Positions 19,082 through 28,977 of a stretch of DNA of 64,000 bases are shown piece by piece. The DNA lies in NCBI GenBank assembly GCA_039028615.1, contig JBCCHT010000001.1, positions 256,001 through 320,000 of the forward strand. The letters run 5' to 3'. Source of the DNA: Myxococcota bacterium (lineage in GTDB: Bacteria; Myxococcota_A; Polyangia; Nannocystales; Nannocystaceae). The position numbers were made by a program, and so were the translations under genes. The notes under the pieces were generated by a model, which ran no database searches, had not been told where the DNA came from, and worked only from the letters and a program-made list of their open reading frames with translations. Numbering within the stretch: position 1 is the first letter of the stretch; each line of letters begins with the position of its first letter.

Positions 19082-20065
19082 ATGCGGATCCGCGCTCGTA
19101 TGCAATCATCATCACATCCATCGTCGCAGCTCGAACGACTGGTCGAATGTTGGCCCAGGCGTGCGGGCGTGCGACGTGACGAGTTCTACGAGCAGGACTA
19201 TGGGAACACGGACGATACCCGCCCAGATTACCCGATAAACATCGTTCCGTTTGAAGAGCACCCCAACTTCCAGGCGGCTTCGCCTGAGCAGAGAGCTTCG
19301 GTATTGACCGGAGCATGGTTGGCCTACAACGAGCGAGTGATCGAAATCGAGCATCTCGTCACGAACCCTGCAATTGATCTACTGCTAAGGGGAACCCTTC
19401 CTGGCGCAAGTAATCCAGTGGTGCGGCAGGCCCTGCAGCAGACACTCATCGATGAGCAATTTCATTTGATGATGCACGAGCAGGCGATTCGCGAGACACG
19501 GCTGAAAAATCCGTGGACCAGCGAACTCGAACTCCCGCATTCGATCGTATTTCGGAAACTGCACGTCTTGCGTGCCGAATGCCCCGAACAATGGCAAAAG
19601 GATCTATTGATGCTGTTGTGGGCAATCGTCTCCGAGATGACGATCAACGCCTACCTCAATCTATTGTCGCGCTCGGACAACATCCGTGAAGTGAATCGCC
19701 GACTGAACTGGCTCCACAATCGTGACGAACTCGCCCACAACGAGATATTCGTAGAGATCAGCAAGGCCGTATTCAGGGCCCTCAACCCTCATCAACGAGA
19801 CTTTTTCCTGCAGATGCTCCCCCGCACGGTGGAAGCCTTCACGTCGCACGACTTCTCCTCCTGGGAGGCGGTCCTGCGGGCTACGAAGCTCCCCGGCACG
19901 GCGACCATCATCGGAGACTGCAAGGATAAGTCCGGGAAATTACTAAGCGACGTGTCTTACGCCTATCGCCTCCTCGAGCACTTGGAGATCGTTGGATCGA
20001 CGGACGTCGACCAGCGGGTAGCGGCGAATTCCCGTCAATCCTCCGAGTCTCAGGTGCTCGTGTGA
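19082..20065 (+). CDS. AurF/CmlI-like diiron N-oxygenase
   Basis: Ferritin-like ligand pattern: EIEH, LIDEQFHLMMH, VSEMTINAY, HNRDELAH. Confidence 0.8.
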   Translation: MRIRARMQSSSHPSSQLERLVECWPRRAGVRRDEFYEQDYGNTDDTRPDYPINIVPFEEHPNFQAASPEQRASVLTGAWLAYNERVIEIEHLVTNPAIDLLLRGTLPGASNPVVRQALQQTLIDEQFHLMMHEQAIRETRLKNPWTSELELPHSIVFRKLHVLRAECPEQWQKDLLMLLWAIVSEMTINAYLNLLSRSDNIREVNRRLNWLHNRDELAHNEIFVEISKAVFRALNPHQRDFFLQMLPRTVEAFTSHDFSSWEAVLRATKLPGTATIIGDCKDKSGKLLSDVSYAYRLLEHLEIVGSTDVDQRVAANSRQSSESQVLV

Positions 20066-20874
20066 TCCAGCAGCCGCGAATCCTACCATTCAGCGAGCTT
20101 CAGCACTGGACTGCGAGGACTTGCGAATTTCTCGGCAGGCCGCTCGTCGTCTCATTCGACGAGCAACCTCGCGAGACGATCCTGAAGCCGGATGAAGCCG
20201 GTGTCAGTAAGTCGCAGGCATACATCCAGCACAGTGAGGCAATCTGGGACAAGCACGTGGCGCGACACGGGGGAAACCTCTGGAACGGTCGTGTTTGTAC
20301 GATTCAGAGCATCGAGGTCGCCGACGGACGGCTCACGCTCGGAACCGGCACTTGTGGCTACAAGGACATTATCTTTAAGCAAGAGCTGGGCATCGAAGCA
20401 TTCGTGAAATCCTACGGCCCCGAGACCTTCGACGTGCACGGCGTGACCGGTATCGTCCCCATCACCGAGACCCACGAGGTGATTCTCGGCGAAGTCGGCA
20501 AAGGTACAATTCAAACTCCAGGGTGTCTCGACATCATCGGGGGAACCCTCAACCGGGACGAGCATTCGGTGGAGTCCTTCACCGATATCGCCCAATTGGC
20601 CGCCGCGGAACTCCGCGAAGAGACGAGTGTGAGCCTCGAGCCAGGGCAACTTCGGCTCGCGTCACTCGGCTTCTACGACGGTCGCTGCTACGTCTTGTTC
20701 CTCGCGCAAACCCACTCACGGGAGTTCGAGGTCGACGCGACGCTCAATGACGAACTCGCCGCTGTTCATCGACTCTCGCTGAGCAGCATTTCCCAAACAA
20801 AAATGCCCACGACCCGTGACGTCGCATACTTGCAGACGTATGCCGACAGCATCCTGCCCTCACGGGCATCATGA
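20062..20874 (+). CDS. Nudix hydrolase-like protein
   Basis: GGTLNRDE...AAAELREETSV Nudix box variant; GTGA overlap with the upstream stop. Confidence 0.65.
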   Translation: MIQQPRILPFSELQHWTARTCEFLGRPLVVSFDEQPRETILKPDEAGVSKSQAYIQHSEAIWDKHVARHGGNLWNGRVCTIQSIEVADGRLTLGTGTCGYKDIIFKQELGIEAFVKSYGPETFDVHGVTGIVPITETHEVILGEVGKGTIQTPGCLDIIGGTLNRDEHSVESFTDIAQLAAAELREETSVSLEPGQLRLASLGFYDGRCYVLFLAQTHSREFEVDATLNDELAAVHRLSLSSISQTKMPTTRDVAYLQTYADSILPSRAS

Positions 20875-22007
20875 GAACGAAAATGACCAAAGTAACGGTA
20901 GTTGGTGGAGCAGGCTATCTCGGTAGTTCCCTGTGCACGCACTTGCTCGAGATGGGCCACGAGGTGACGGCAATCGACGCACAGTGGTTCGGAGAGCAAT
21001 CGCTGGAGCACCTGCGTCAATCTCCTCGATTCCATAGCCACTGTGTCGACGTGCGTCGTATCGACGAGGTGATGCCACTGCTCCATGGGCAGGACGCAAT
21101 CATCTGTATCAGTGGGCTCGTGGGCGATCCTGCGTGCAAGATCGATACGGCATTCACTTACAGCTGCAACTATCTAGCCAGTGTCACTCTGGCCATGATG
21201 GCCAAGCGCCTGGGGATCGGCCGCTTCATCTTCGCGTCGAGCTGCAGCGTCTATGGACGCTCGGCGTTGGGCCCCGACCTGTTGTCGGAGACCTCCGCGA
21301 CCAATCCGCTCTCCTATTACGCGCAAGACAAGCTCGATACCGAGCATGCGCTATATGAGCTCGCGGACGAGTCGTTCCACCCCACGATCCTGCGCCTGCC
21401 CACGTTGTTCGGCTGGTCGTACCGAATGAGGTTCGATCTCGTCGTCAACCTGTTCGCCGCCCAGGCGTGCCGTGGCAATAAGATTCAAGTCATCGGCGGA
21501 ACGCAACGACGACCATTCCTGCACGTTCGTGATGCCGCCGCTGCGTTCGCTCAGGTGCTCGAGACGGATGTCGATCTCGTGTCCGGCGAAGTCTTCAATG
21601 TCGGAGACGAGCAGCACAACCTCCGCATCGTCGACTTGGTCGACGTGATTCGCGAGGTCATTCCCGAGGTCCGCGCGGAAGTGGTGACGAGCGCGGTCGA
21701 TCCGCGCGACTACCAGGTGGACTTTCAGAAGATCAAATCCGCCATGGGGTACACGTGCAGCGTCTCCATGACGGACGGAATTGCCGAGATCACGAAGATG
21801 CTCCGAAACTCGGCGATTGCGGACATCAAGTCCCCGAGCTTCGTCAACGAGGCCCGTACGCGAGAACTCATCGAGGGGTCGAACAGCGAGTCTGTATCTC
21901 GTACCAGCCCCGCCGAGGAGGAGCTGGCGCGAGAGCCCGTCATCAAGTCTCGGCCGATGCGAGGATCGGTCAAGCGCGCGGTGAATGAGCCCCGGTATGA
22001 ATCCTAG
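20871..22007 (+). CDS. NAD-dependent NDP-sugar epimerase/dehydratase
   Basis: GGAGYLG, ASSCSVYG, YAQDK, RMRFDLVVN, RPFLHVRD; ATGA overlap with the upstream stop. Confidence 0.88.
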   Translation: MRTKMTKVTVVGGAGYLGSSLCTHLLEMGHEVTAIDAQWFGEQSLEHLRQSPRFHSHCVDVRRIDEVMPLLHGQDAIICISGLVGDPACKIDTAFTYSCNYLASVTLAMMAKRLGIGRFIFASSCSVYGRSALGPDLLSETSATNPLSYYAQDKLDTEHALYELADESFHPTILRLPTLFGWSYRMRFDLVVNLFAAQACRGNKIQVIGGTQRRPFLHVRDAAAAFAQVLETDVDLVSGEVFNVGDEQHNLRIVDLVDVIREVIPEVRAEVVTSAVDPRDYQVDFQKIKSAMGYTCSVSMTDGIAEITKMLRNSAIADIKSPSFVNEARTRELIEGSNSESVSRTSPAEEELAREPVIKSRPMRGSVKRAVNEPRYES

Positions 22008-22524
22008 GGTCACGTCACTGCGCAATGCCGAGCGAGACTTCTCGCTCCACGCCCCGACCCACGTCATCTCGATGATGGACCCGTCGGTCGATCCTGCGCG
22101 TGTTCCCAAGTTCGGAACCTCCGCCAGCGTCCTCCAACTCTTCTTCTATGACGACGATGATCTGGACCAGCAAACCGAGCCGGTCATCGTGTCACTTCGT
22201 CGGATCTTGGCATTCTTGCGAGAGTTCATCGCGACCCCCGGGGACACGAGCCTGCTCTTGCACTGCCACGCGGGGGCAAGCCGCAGTCCAGGCGTCGCGT
22301 ACATCTATCTCGCGATGCGGCTCGGTCCCGGAAACGAGGACCGTGCATTTGCCGAGTTGTTCGAGTTCACGAACAAACCATGGCCGAGCCGACACCTGGT
22401 CGAGCTCGCCGATGAAGAACTCGGACTCGAAGGCAGGCTGCTCCGTCCCCTCGACGCCTATCGAGCTCGATTCCCACGACGCTATGACGCGTACATGAGG
22501 CTCAATCGACGACGATCGTTATAA
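21985..22524 (+). CDS. Protein-tyrosine-phosphatase-like (CX5R) phosphatase
   Basis: LLHCHAGASRS P-loop; THVIS N-terminal motif. Confidence 0.75.
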   Translation: MSPGMNPRVTSLRNAERDFSLHAPTHVISMMDPSVDPARVPKFGTSASVLQLFFYDDDDLDQQTEPVIVSLRRILAFLREFIATPGDTSLLLHCHAGASRSPGVAYIYLAMRLGPGNEDRAFAELFEFTNKPWPSRHLVELADEELGLEGRLLRPLDAYRARFPRRYDAYMRLNRRRSL

Positions 22525-22528
22525 ACCC

Positions 22529-25500
22529 ATGCCAGGCTCATCCAACACGGTCGCGGCTCGGCTGCCCTTCCACCGCGTAGTCTCGACGGCAGACACGTCG
22601 GACGAATCCGCCGATCGGATCGTCGACACCACTCTGTCGACCCGAATTGCAGAATTCTCGGCCACCGTCGGGGTCGAGCCGGTGCATATCTACGCCGCAG
22701 CCCACTTGCTCACTCTCGGGGTCCTGACACAGGAACGGAGCCTCGACACGGTCGTCATATCGAATGACCGAGCTCGAGCCCTTTCCCATCAGTCGTCGAC
22801 GAGGTCGAAGAGAGAGGTCGTCGAGGATGTCGCGCGTCAGCTGGCGCAGACCAACCCCGTCGCGCTCGACGACCTCGCCGAGTTCGAGACGGCGCTCATC
22901 TATGGGTCCGAGTCCCGCTCCAGCCTCGCCCCCGGGCTGCTCTTCGGCTTTTCCGCCGCGGAGACGGCTCGTGGGACCCGGCTCGGCGTCAGCACTCGTA
23001 GTCTTCGTATCTCGCCCGAGCTTGCACGGTATGCCCTGAATATCTACACCGAGGTCCTGGGGGCGATCGTATGCACCCCCGATGAGCCCCTGACCTATCG
23101 AGACTATCTCGCGCAGGACGAATTCGAGAGCATCGTCCTCGACTTCAACGACACCATCACTCCGTATGACGAGTCGGCGCTGCTGCACACCGGTTTCGAT
23201 CGGCAAGCACAGACCTGCCCATCCCGAGTCGCCCTCGTCTGGGGAGAGACGTCGGTGAGCTATGGAGAGCTGCAGCGCAACGCCAACCAGCTCGCCAACC
23301 TGTGGCTCTCGTCCGGGCTCCTCGAGCCGGGCGATCGAGTCGCCCTGCTCTCGGAACGCTCGCCCTTCGCGATCGCGGCGATGCTCGCAGCGCTGAAGGC
23401 CGGCTGCACGTACATCCCGATTGATCCCGAGTTCCCACCGGAGCGCCAGCGCTACATCATCGAGAACTCCGAAGCCCGCTTCATCGCGGCCGACCGCAGC
23501 TACGACATCGTGGATGAGCTCGGCGTGCCCGCGTTCGTGAGCGGCGACGAGCGCCTCGCGAACCAGCCCACGACAGGCCCAACCGCGGCGGCCTCTCCCG
23601 AGGACCTCGCGTACGTCATCTACACCTCCGGGTCCACGGGCAGGCCCAAGGGCGTGATGGTCGAGCACCGCTCGGCGGTGAACCTCGTAGAGACCATCAA
23701 CCGCGAGTACACGGTCGACGCATCCGATCGACTCATCCTGCTCTCGTCGCTGTGCTTCGATCTGTCCGTCTACGACGTCTTCGGCGCGCTGTCGGTCGGG
23801 GCGAGCCTGCTGCTGATCACGCCCGATCAGATCGTCGACGGGTTCAAGCTCGCCGAACAGCTCGAGCGGCACCACGTCACGCTGTGGAACTCGGTGCCGT
23901 CGACCATGTCGCTGCTCCTCGAGGTCCTCTCGAGCCCTTCGGCTCGCTACACCCTCCCCGACCTGCGCTTGGTCCTGCTCAGCGGCGACTGGATCCCGCT
24001 ACGGCTGCCCAGCGTGCTCGCAGACAAGTGTCCGAGCGCTCGGCTCATCAGCTTGGGTGGTGCGACCGAAGGAACCGTCTGGTCGAACCACTATCCGGTC
24101 GGCCAAGTGGCGTCGCACTGGGCCAGCATTCCCTACGGCTACCCTCTCGCGAACAACTTCTTCTACGTGCTCGACGACGACGGCCAGCCTCTGCCGCGTG
24201 AAGTCGTGGGAGAGTTGTGCATCGGCGGTCTCGGTGTCGCCCGCGGGTACATGAACGACGAGGAGCGGACCGCTCGAGCGTTCGTCGACAACCCCTTCAC
24301 TCAGGCACACGAGGGCCGCCTGTATCGCACGGGCGATCTAGGCCGTCTCACCCTCGAGGGTCACCTCGAGATCATCGGGCGGAAGGACGCCCAGGTCAAA
24401 ATCAACGGCTACCGGATCGAGCTCGGTGAAGTCGAGCACGCGCTCGAGCGCAACGACCAGGTCGAGCGGGCGGTCGCAGTCGCTCGCAGCGTGAACCAAG
24501 CCGGCGATCGTCAGCTGGTGGCGTACGTCGTGGGACGCTCGGGGATCGACCTCGATCCCGGCGAGCTTCGAGATCACCTCGCGGGGATCGTGCCGTCGTA
24601 CATGGTGCCGTCTCTGTTCGTGTTCGTGGACGAGCTGCCGCAGAACGACAACGGCAAGATCGATCGGAGCAAGCTCCCCGCACCCGATCTCGCGTCCATC
24701 AAGATCGGACCGAAGGCAGCCCCGCCGTCTCGAGGTGGTGCCTCGCCGGTCCATCGTCATCTTCACGCGTTCTGCTCCGAAGAGCTCGGGCTGGAGCTTT
24801 CGACCACGACCGCGACGCTGGTCGATCTGGGCCTGACGTCGCTCGGTGCGGTGCGCCTGCTGACCGAGGTCCACCGCGAGTTCGGCATCGAGCTGTCCGT
24901 CGCGTTGCTGATGAGCTTGGCGACGCTGGATGGCCTGGTCAGCTATGTCGAAGAGCACGCTTCGGCCTCGGGCGAAGGGTCGAGTGCCGTCGTTGCGGCC
25001 GAGGCCCTCGATGCTCCAGAGACTCCGATCCCCCTGACGGGCCTGCAGCGCTCGTACTGGTTCGGCGAAGGCTCGTTCTTCCCGCTCGGCCAGAGCATCG
25101 CGCATACGTACCGGGAGCATCAGATCTCGTCCGATGCGGCCGCCCGCCTCGACGACGCGATCAATGCCCTCATCGCGGCGCACCCGGTGCTTCGAGCGTT
25201 CGTCACTCGCGACGGTCACTGGAAGATCCTTCCCGAGGCGAAGTACCGCTGCACACGAACCGAGTTCACGGCCGACTCCGATGTCGACAAAGAACTCGAG
25301 GCGCTACGGACCGAGCATCGGGAGCACGGGGTCGAGACCTCGAGCTGGCCGCTCTTCGAATTCCACGCCGTGAAGCTCCCGGACGAGTCGTTCCGGTTGT
25401 TGTCGAGAATCGATCTGATCCTCCTGGATGGCGTCAGCATCGACAATCTGTTTCGGCAGCTCTCCGATCTGCTCGCGACCGAGGTGTGCGACGTCGCTCC

Positions 25501-27763
25501 GCCGCGCTCGACCTACGAGGAGTACCGTCGCACGTGGATGTCGGCGTTCGTGAATACCGATCGTTTCCGAGAGGCGGAGCGCTACTGGAAGGCGGCCGTT
25601 CCGTCGCTGCCGGACGCCCCTCGGTTGCCGCAGCTTCGCCCGATCGACGACGCACCGCGCTCGAGCCTGACGACGAAGTCGTTCACGGTCGATGCCGACC
25701 CCTGGTCGCGCCTGCAACGCGAAGCTGAAGCGATCCAGGTCAGCCCGAGTCTGCTGCTCTACGCCGCGTTCGCGCTGGTCCTTCGCCGCTGGAACGAAGC
25801 ACCTCGCTTCACCGTCAACGTCCTCTACTACAACCGCGAGCCCCTGGTCGAAGAGGTCGGCCAAGTGTTCGGCAACTTCTCGTCCACGGTCCTGTCGGCG
25901 GTCGATGTGCGTCGAGGCGAGAGCTTCGTGGCGTTCTTGCGACGCCTCTCCGAACAACGGAACCGCGAGCTGAAGCACGCGATCTACGATGGCGTCGATG
26001 TCTTGACCGAGCTCAATCGTCGTCGTAGCGACGACCACCGCGGCATGCCGGTCGTCTTCACCAGCCTGCTCGGCGTCGAAAACTCCGGCAAACGAGACGT
26101 GCTCTCGGAAGCGGCGTTCGGCGTTCAGACTCCGCAGGTCTACCTCGACATGCTCGTCCGGGAATCCGGCGAAAAACTCGTCGTCACGTGGTCCGTGCAA
26201 GAGGACCTCTTCGAGCCCGGGCTCTTCGATGACATGCAGTGGTCACTGCAGCACGTGCTCGGGCGCATCGCTCGAGAGGGCATCCCCGACGAACGACTCG
26301 ACGTTGCGCTCCCTCCCCAGCAAGCGAAACTCGTCAGCGAATCGTCCGCGAGCGGCTCGCTACGCGGCCGACATGGGATCCATGTCTTGAACGACGAAGG
26401 GCAATTCTGTCCCGTCGGCGTCGTCGGACACGCGTTCACGAAGGTCCTGCCGGGAGGCAAAGACAACACCTTCACCGTCCCCTGCCCCGGCTCGGGCGCC
26501 TTGCTACACGGTGCCGGGCAGCGATGCCGATACCTCGGCGATGGAAGCGTCGAGTTTCTCGATGAGCCCGACGTCGCGGTCGACCTTCAGACCTCGGAGT
26601 CGGACGACACCTCCGTCCCCCAGCGTGAACGAGCGATCGCCCAAATGGCGGTCGAGCTCGAGCAAGCGTGGGGGGAGCTGCTCGGTCTGTCGAACATCGG
26701 GGTCGATGCCAACTTCTTCGAGCTCGGCGGGAGCTCGCTCTCCGCCGTCCGACTGCTGAGCAAGATCGAGCAACGGTTCGGACACAAGCTCCCGGTCGCG
26801 GAACTCTACCGACGGTCGACGCCCCAGGCCCTAGCGGCATACCTCGTCGATCGCCCGCAGAACGCTCCGGCTCTCACCGCGGCCGACGACAACTTTCTAC
26901 TCCTGCAGCCCGACGGAGATCGCAGCCCGTTCTTCTGCATTCACGCGATCAGTGGTCACGCTCTCGGATACCGAGCGCTGGCTCAGCAGCTACGCGGATC
27001 CGATCGCCCGTTCTACGGCATTCAGGCCTTCGGGATCGAGTCGGGTCAGCAGCCGATCTCCAGCATTCCAGAGATCGCGAAGCGATACGTCGCGGCGCTG
27101 CGAAAAATCGACCCCCAAGGTCCATACTCCTTGGGCGGATGGTCCTTCGGTGGGTTGGTTGCGTACGAAGCTGGGCGGCAGCTGATCGCAGCTGGGCAGC
27201 GCGTCGACCAAGTGATCATGCTCGACACCGTGGTGCCTTCGCTCGAGCCGCACAGCGACCTGCACGACGCCCCGGAACTCTATCAACTGTTCCTGGCCGA
27301 CGTCGAAGCGAGTCAGAGCATCCATCCCGATACGAGCGGAGACAAGGGTCGCGCTAGCATCCAGACCCTCGCGGCACAGCCCTTGGAGAAACTGTTCCGC
27401 GTGTACTCGGCACACAGCCGAGCGATGGCCGACTACACGGTCGAGCCGATCGATGCCCCCGTCACCTTGCTACGCGCGACCGAGCGACGCCCCTCCGAGT
27501 TCGATGCTCATCTGCAGATTACAGATGACGCGCTCGGATGGTCCGTGTTCCCCAATGTGCGCGTCGTCGATGTTCCGGGCGATCACTTCTCGATCTTCGC
27601 CGAGCAGAACCTCCCCCGGCTCGTCGATGTGTTGACTTCGGCGCTCGAGCCCGCGAGCGGTGATGCCTACATGTTGAACTTGTCCGCACGAGCGAACGCT
27701 TCGGTCGATGACGGGGCACCCGCTGCCACCGAGCCCGCGAAGCGGGCCTCGGGTCACGAATAG
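22529..27763 (+). CDS. Non-ribosomal peptide synthetase, (partial C)-A(Cys)-T-Cy-(A remnant)-T-TE
   Basis: YTSGSTGRPKG, FDLSVY, SGDWIP, SLGGATE, YRTGD; T1 GLTSL; Cy DLILLDGVS and QTPQVYLD; T2 FFELGGSSL; TE GWSFGG...GDHF. Confidence 0.92.
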   Translation: MPGSSNTVAARLPFHRVVSTADTSDESADRIVDTTLSTRIAEFSATVGVEPVHIYAAAHLLTLGVLTQERSLDTVVISNDRARALSHQSSTRSKREVVEDVARQLAQTNPVALDDLAEFETALIYGSESRSSLAPGLLFGFSAAETARGTRLGVSTRSLRISPELARYALNIYTEVLGAIVCTPDEPLTYRDYLAQDEFESIVLDFNDTITPYDESALLHTGFDRQAQTCPSRVALVWGETSVSYGELQRNANQLANLWLSSGLLEPGDRVALLSERSPFAIAAMLAALKAGCTYIPIDPEFPPERQRYIIENSEARFIAADRSYDIVDELGVPAFVSGDERLANQPTTGPTAAASPEDLAYVIYTSGSTGRPKGVMVEHRSAVNLVETINREYTVDASDRLILLSSLCFDLSVYDVFGALSVGASLLLITPDQIVDGFKLAEQLERHHVTLWNSVPSTMSLLLEVLSSPSARYTLPDLRLVLLSGDWIPLRLPSVLADKCPSARLISLGGATEGTVWSNHYPVGQVASHWASIPYGYPLANNFFYVLDDDGQPLPREVVGELCIGGLGVARGYMNDEERTARAFVDNPFTQAHEGRLYRTGDLGRLTLEGHLEIIGRKDAQVKINGYRIELGEVEHALERNDQVERAVAVARSVNQAGDRQLVAYVVGRSGIDLDPGELRDHLAGIVPSYMVPSLFVFVDELPQNDNGKIDRSKLPAPDLASIKIGPKAAPPSRGGASPVHRHLHAFCSEELGLELSTTTATLVDLGLTSLGAVRLLTEVHREFGIELSVALLMSLATLDGLVSYVEEHASASGEGSSAVVAAEALDAPETPIPLTGLQRSYWFGEGSFFPLGQSIAHTYREHQISSDAAARLDDAINALIAAHPVLRAFVTRDGHWKILPEAKYRCTRTEFTADSDVDKELEALRTEHREHGVETSSWPLFEFHAVKLPDESFRLLSRIDLILLDGVSIDNLFRQLSDLLATEVCDVAPPRSTYEEYRRTWMSAFVNTDRFREAERYWKAAVPSLPDAPRLPQLRPIDDAPRSSLTTKSFTVDADPWSRLQREAEAIQVSPSLLLYAAFALVLRRWNEAPRFTVNVLYYNREPLVEEVGQVFGNFSSTVLSAVDVRRGESFVAFLRRLSEQRNRELKHAIYDGVDVLTELNRRRSDDHRGMPVVFTSLLGVENSGKRDVLSEAAFGVQTPQVYLDMLVRESGEKLVVTWSVQEDLFEPGLFDDMQWSLQHVLGRIAREGIPDERLDVALPPQQAKLVSESSASGSLRGRHGIHVLNDEGQFCPVGVVGHAFTKVLPGGKDNTFTVPCPGSGALLHGAGQRCRYLGDGSVEFLDEPDVAVDLQTSESDDTSVPQRERAIAQMAVELEQAWGELLGLSNIGVDANFFELGGSSLSAVRLLSKIEQRFGHKLPVAELYRRSTPQALAAYLVDRPQNAPALTAADDNFLLLQPDGDRSPFFCIHAISGHALGYRALAQQLRGSDRPFYGIQAFGIESGQQPISSIPEIAKRYVAALRKIDPQGPYSLGGWSFGGLVAYEAGRQLIAAGQRVDQVIMLDTVVPSLEPHSDLHDAPELYQLFLADVEASQSIHPDTSGDKGRASIQTLAAQPLEKLFRVYSAHSRAMADYTVEPIDAPVTLLRATERRPSEFDAHLQITDDALGWSVFPNVRVVDVPGDHFSIFAEQNLPRLVDVLTSALEPASGDAYMLNLSARANASVDDGAPAATEPAKRASGHE

Positions 27764-27794
27764 GGCTGCTTCGTAGCCCGACCTCGGGCGCCGC

Positions 27795-28850
27795 TCATAC
27801 AAAGACGGCGCACGAAGGTCGGGCCATCGGGATCGGATCTCCGACCCGCGAGAGACGACCGGTCTCATCGTCGATCCGATAGACGACGATGGTATCGCCC
27901 GGCATGTTCGAGCAGAGCAAGTACGACCCATCGGGCGACATGGCCAGGTGCTGCGGTCCCCGCCCCACGCCCTCGGTGATGTCGACGAGGGCGAGTTCGC
28001 CGGAATCTCCGATCTGAAACACGGCGATGCTGTCGTGCCCTCGATTCGTTCCGTAGAGAAAACGACCCGAGGGGGTGATCTTGATGTCGGCGGTATCGGT
28101 GACCTCGTCGTATCCCGGCGGCAGAGTCGAGAGGGTCTTCCGTTCGTGCAAGGCCCCGGACGCGGAATCGTAGTCGTAGTGGGTGATGGTGTCCGAGATT
28201 TCGTTGATGACGTAGACCCACGGCGCCGACGGATGGAACTCCATGTGGCGAGGGCCCGCGGCGGGAGCCGTGCGCACGATCGGTGGTTCGGACTGCGTCA
28301 GGGCTCCACGCTCGGCGTCGAAGCGGTAGCCGTGAATGACGTCCATGCCCAAGTCCACGACGTAGACATGGCGGTTGTCTGGGCTGGGCACGATCGCATG
28401 CGGGTGCGAGGCCGCCTGCCGCTCGGGGGTCACGCTCGAGCCTTGGTGGTGAACGAACACCCCGGCTGCGCCGAGGGAACCGTCGGGTCGAACCGGGTAG
28501 CCGAAGATGTCTCCCGCGGCGTACGTCGCGGTGAACACCATCGTTCCGGCGACATCGACCGAGAGATAGCAAGCGCTGTCGCTCGCCGGCTGGCGGTTGA
28601 GCCTGACGAGTCCACCGTCGTCGTCGACCCGCTCGAACGCGGCCACGCCCCCCTGCTCGTATTCATCGATCGCGTACAGAAATCGTCGACAAGACGAAAG
28701 CGCCAAGAAGAAGGGGGTCGTCGTGTCGGTGGTACGTCGAAGCAGCTCGAGCCGCCCCGTTTGCGCGTCCATGCGCGCCGCTTGAATCCCCGGGTCTTCT
28801 TCCGAGAAAGAACTGATGTAGACCAGAAAGGAGCGAGGCGTACCGGGCAT
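27795..28850 (-). CDS. 6-phosphogluconolactonase (YbhE/cycloisomerase) family lactonase
   Basis: HPHAI, DLGMD, GPRHMEFHP, TNRGHDSIAVF beta-propeller motifs. Confidence 0.88.
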   Translation of the reverse strand: MPGTPRSFLVYISSFSEEDPGIQAARMDAQTGRLELLRRTTDTTTPFFLALSSCRRFLYAIDEYEQGGVAAFERVDDDGGLVRLNRQPASDSACYLSVDVAGTMVFTATYAAGDIFGYPVRPDGSLGAAGVFVHHQGSSVTPERQAASHPHAIVPSPDNRHVYVVDLGMDVIHGYRFDAERGALTQSEPPIVRTAPAAGPRHMEFHPSAPWVYVINEISDTITHYDYDSASGALHERKTLSTLPPGYDEVTDTADIKITPSGRFLYGTNRGHDSIAVFQIGDSGELALVDITEGVGRGPQHLAMSPDGSYLLCSNMPGDTIVVYRIDDETGRLSRVGDPIPMARPSCAVFV

Positions 28851-28977
28851 GGGACGAGGCCGGGAACTCTAGCGCATCGAGATCTCGCGCTCCAGCCTCC
28901 GGGGCGTCGTCGAGCGGCGCCGACCGGAAGGGCCGCTGCCGCTCGACACCATCACCTACGACCGGCGAGACACGCCG

